Source of the DNA: Antedon mediterranea
Taxonomy: Eukaryota; Animalia; Echinodermata
Direction of reading: 5' to 3'
Assembly (NCBI RefSeq): GCF_964355755.1
Contig: NC_092672.1
Coordinates: 35,346,437-35,410,436, forward strand
DNA length: 64,000 bases
Shown here piece after piece: positions 62,376-64,000 of the stretch (within the stretch, counting starts at the first letter, position 1; each line of letters begins with the position of its first letter). Below the pieces are notes generated by a model that saw only the letters and a program-made list of their open reading frames with translations, was not told where the DNA came from and did not search any database. Position numbers and translations under genes: made by a program.

Positions 62376-64000
62376 AAGTTATTGATTTAGGCCTATGAAA
62401 TACGGTTTGTAGAAGTTATTGATTTAGGTCTATGAAATACGGTTTGTAGAAGTTATTGATTTAGGCCTATGAAATACGGTTTGTAGAAGTTATTGATTTA
62501 GGCCTATGAAATACGGTTTGTAGAAGTTATTGATTTAGGCCTATGAAATACGGTTTGTAGAAGTTATTGATTTAGGCCTATGAAATACGGTTTTTAGAAG
62601 TTATTGATTTAGGCCTATGAAATACGGTTTGTAGAAGTTATTGATTTAGGCCTATGAAATACGGTTTGTAGAAGTTATTGATTTAGGCCTATGAAATACG
62701 GTTTGTAGAAGTTATTGATTTAGGCCTATGAAATACGGTTTGTAGAAGTTATTGATTTAGGCCTATGAAATACGGTTTGTAGAAGTTATTGATTTAGGCC
62801 TATGAAATACGGTTTGTAGAAGTTATTGATTTAGGCTTATGAAATACGGTTTGTAGAAGTTATTGATTTAGGCTTATGAAATACGGTTTGTAGAAGTTAT
62901 TGATTTAGGCCTATGAAATACGGTTTGTAGAAGTTATTGATTTAGGCCTATGAAATACGGTTTGTAGAAGTTATTGATTTAGGCCTATGAAATACGGTTT
63001 GTAGAAGTTATTGATTTAGGCCTATGAAATACGGTTTGTAAAAGTTATTGATTTAGGCCTATGAAATACGGTTTGTAGAAGTTATTGATTTAGGCCTATG
63101 AAATACGGTTTGTAGAAGTTATTGATTTAGGCCTATGAAATACGGTTTGTAGAAGTTATTGATTTAGGCCTATGAAATACGGTTTGTAGAAGTTATTGAT
63201 TTAGGCCTATGAAATACGGTTTGTAGAAGTTATTGATTTAGGCCTATGAAATACGGTTTGTAGAAGTTATTGATTTAGGCTTATGAAATACGGTTTGTAG
63301 AAGTTATTGATTTAGGCTTATGAAATACGGTTTGTAGAAGTTATTGATTTAGGCCTATGAAATACGGTTTGTAGAAGTTATTGATTTAGACCTATGAAAT
63401 ACGGTTTGTAGAAGTTATTGATTTAGGCCTATGAAATACGGTTTGTAGAAGTTATTGATTTAGGCCTATGAAATACGGTTTGTATAAGTTATTGATTTAG
63501 GCCTATGAAATACGGTTTGTAGAAGTTATTGATTTAGGCCTATGAAATACGGTTTGTAGAAGTTATTGATTTAGGCCTATGAAATACGGTTTGTAGAAGT
63601 TATTGATTTAGGCCTATGAAATACGGTTTGTAGAAGTTATTGATTTAGGCCTATGAAATACGGTTTGTAGAAGTTATTGATTTAGGCCTATGAAATACGG
63701 TTTGTAGAAGTTATTGATTTAGGCCTATGACATACGGTTTGTAGAAGTTATTGATTTAGGCCTATGACATACGGTTTGTAGAAGTTATTGATTTAGGCCT
63801 ATGAAATACGGTTTGTAGAAGTTATTGAAATAGGCCTATGAAATACGGTTTGTAGAAGTTATTGATTTAGGCCTATGAAATACGGTTTGTAGAAGTTATT
63901 GATTTAGGCCTATGAAATACGGTTTGTAGAAGTTATTGATTTAGGCCTATGAAATACGGTTTGTAGAAGTTATTGATTTAGGTCTATGAAATACGGTTTG
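62338..64000. repeat. 37-bp satellite (GAAGTTATTGATTTAGGCCTATGAAATACGGTTTGTA), about 45 copies, running off the window
   Basis: Nearly invariant tandem array. Confidence 0.98.

Noticed and set aside
62338-64000. CRISPR-like 37-bp repeats
   Set aside because: No spacers, contiguous monomers, eukaryotic context, no cas genes.

Overview
AT-rich, intron-rich animal genomic DNA, probably a marine invertebrate (inferred from the repeat types and the abundant TAGGCCTA motif; not proven). Three conserved genes were rebuilt exon by exon from splice sites and reading frames: the 5' part of RBM19 (minus strand), a complete 25-exon UBE3B head-to-head with it (172 bp between ATGs), and a complete CLUH/clueless (29 coding exons, two needing GC donors). 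Downstream is an uncharacterised multipass membrane protein locus (minus, 55956-58651). It is split by a TAATG stop/start overlap, carries an 84-bp coding repeat, and ends in a transposon-derived C-terminus. Introns hold many MITEs (some nested), SINEs, LINE fragments and satellites. Most interesting: paralogous empty/filled site pairs inside the window show three classes of tiny insertion that look like transposon excision footprints (TA>TAGGCCTA/TAGCCTA; TA>TACTGTA; 21-46 bp CATGGAG...CTCCATG palindromes with 7-bp target duplications). A 37-bp satellite also has its single-copy progenitor 9.3 kb upstream. All identifications are by eye and recall; no searches were run.
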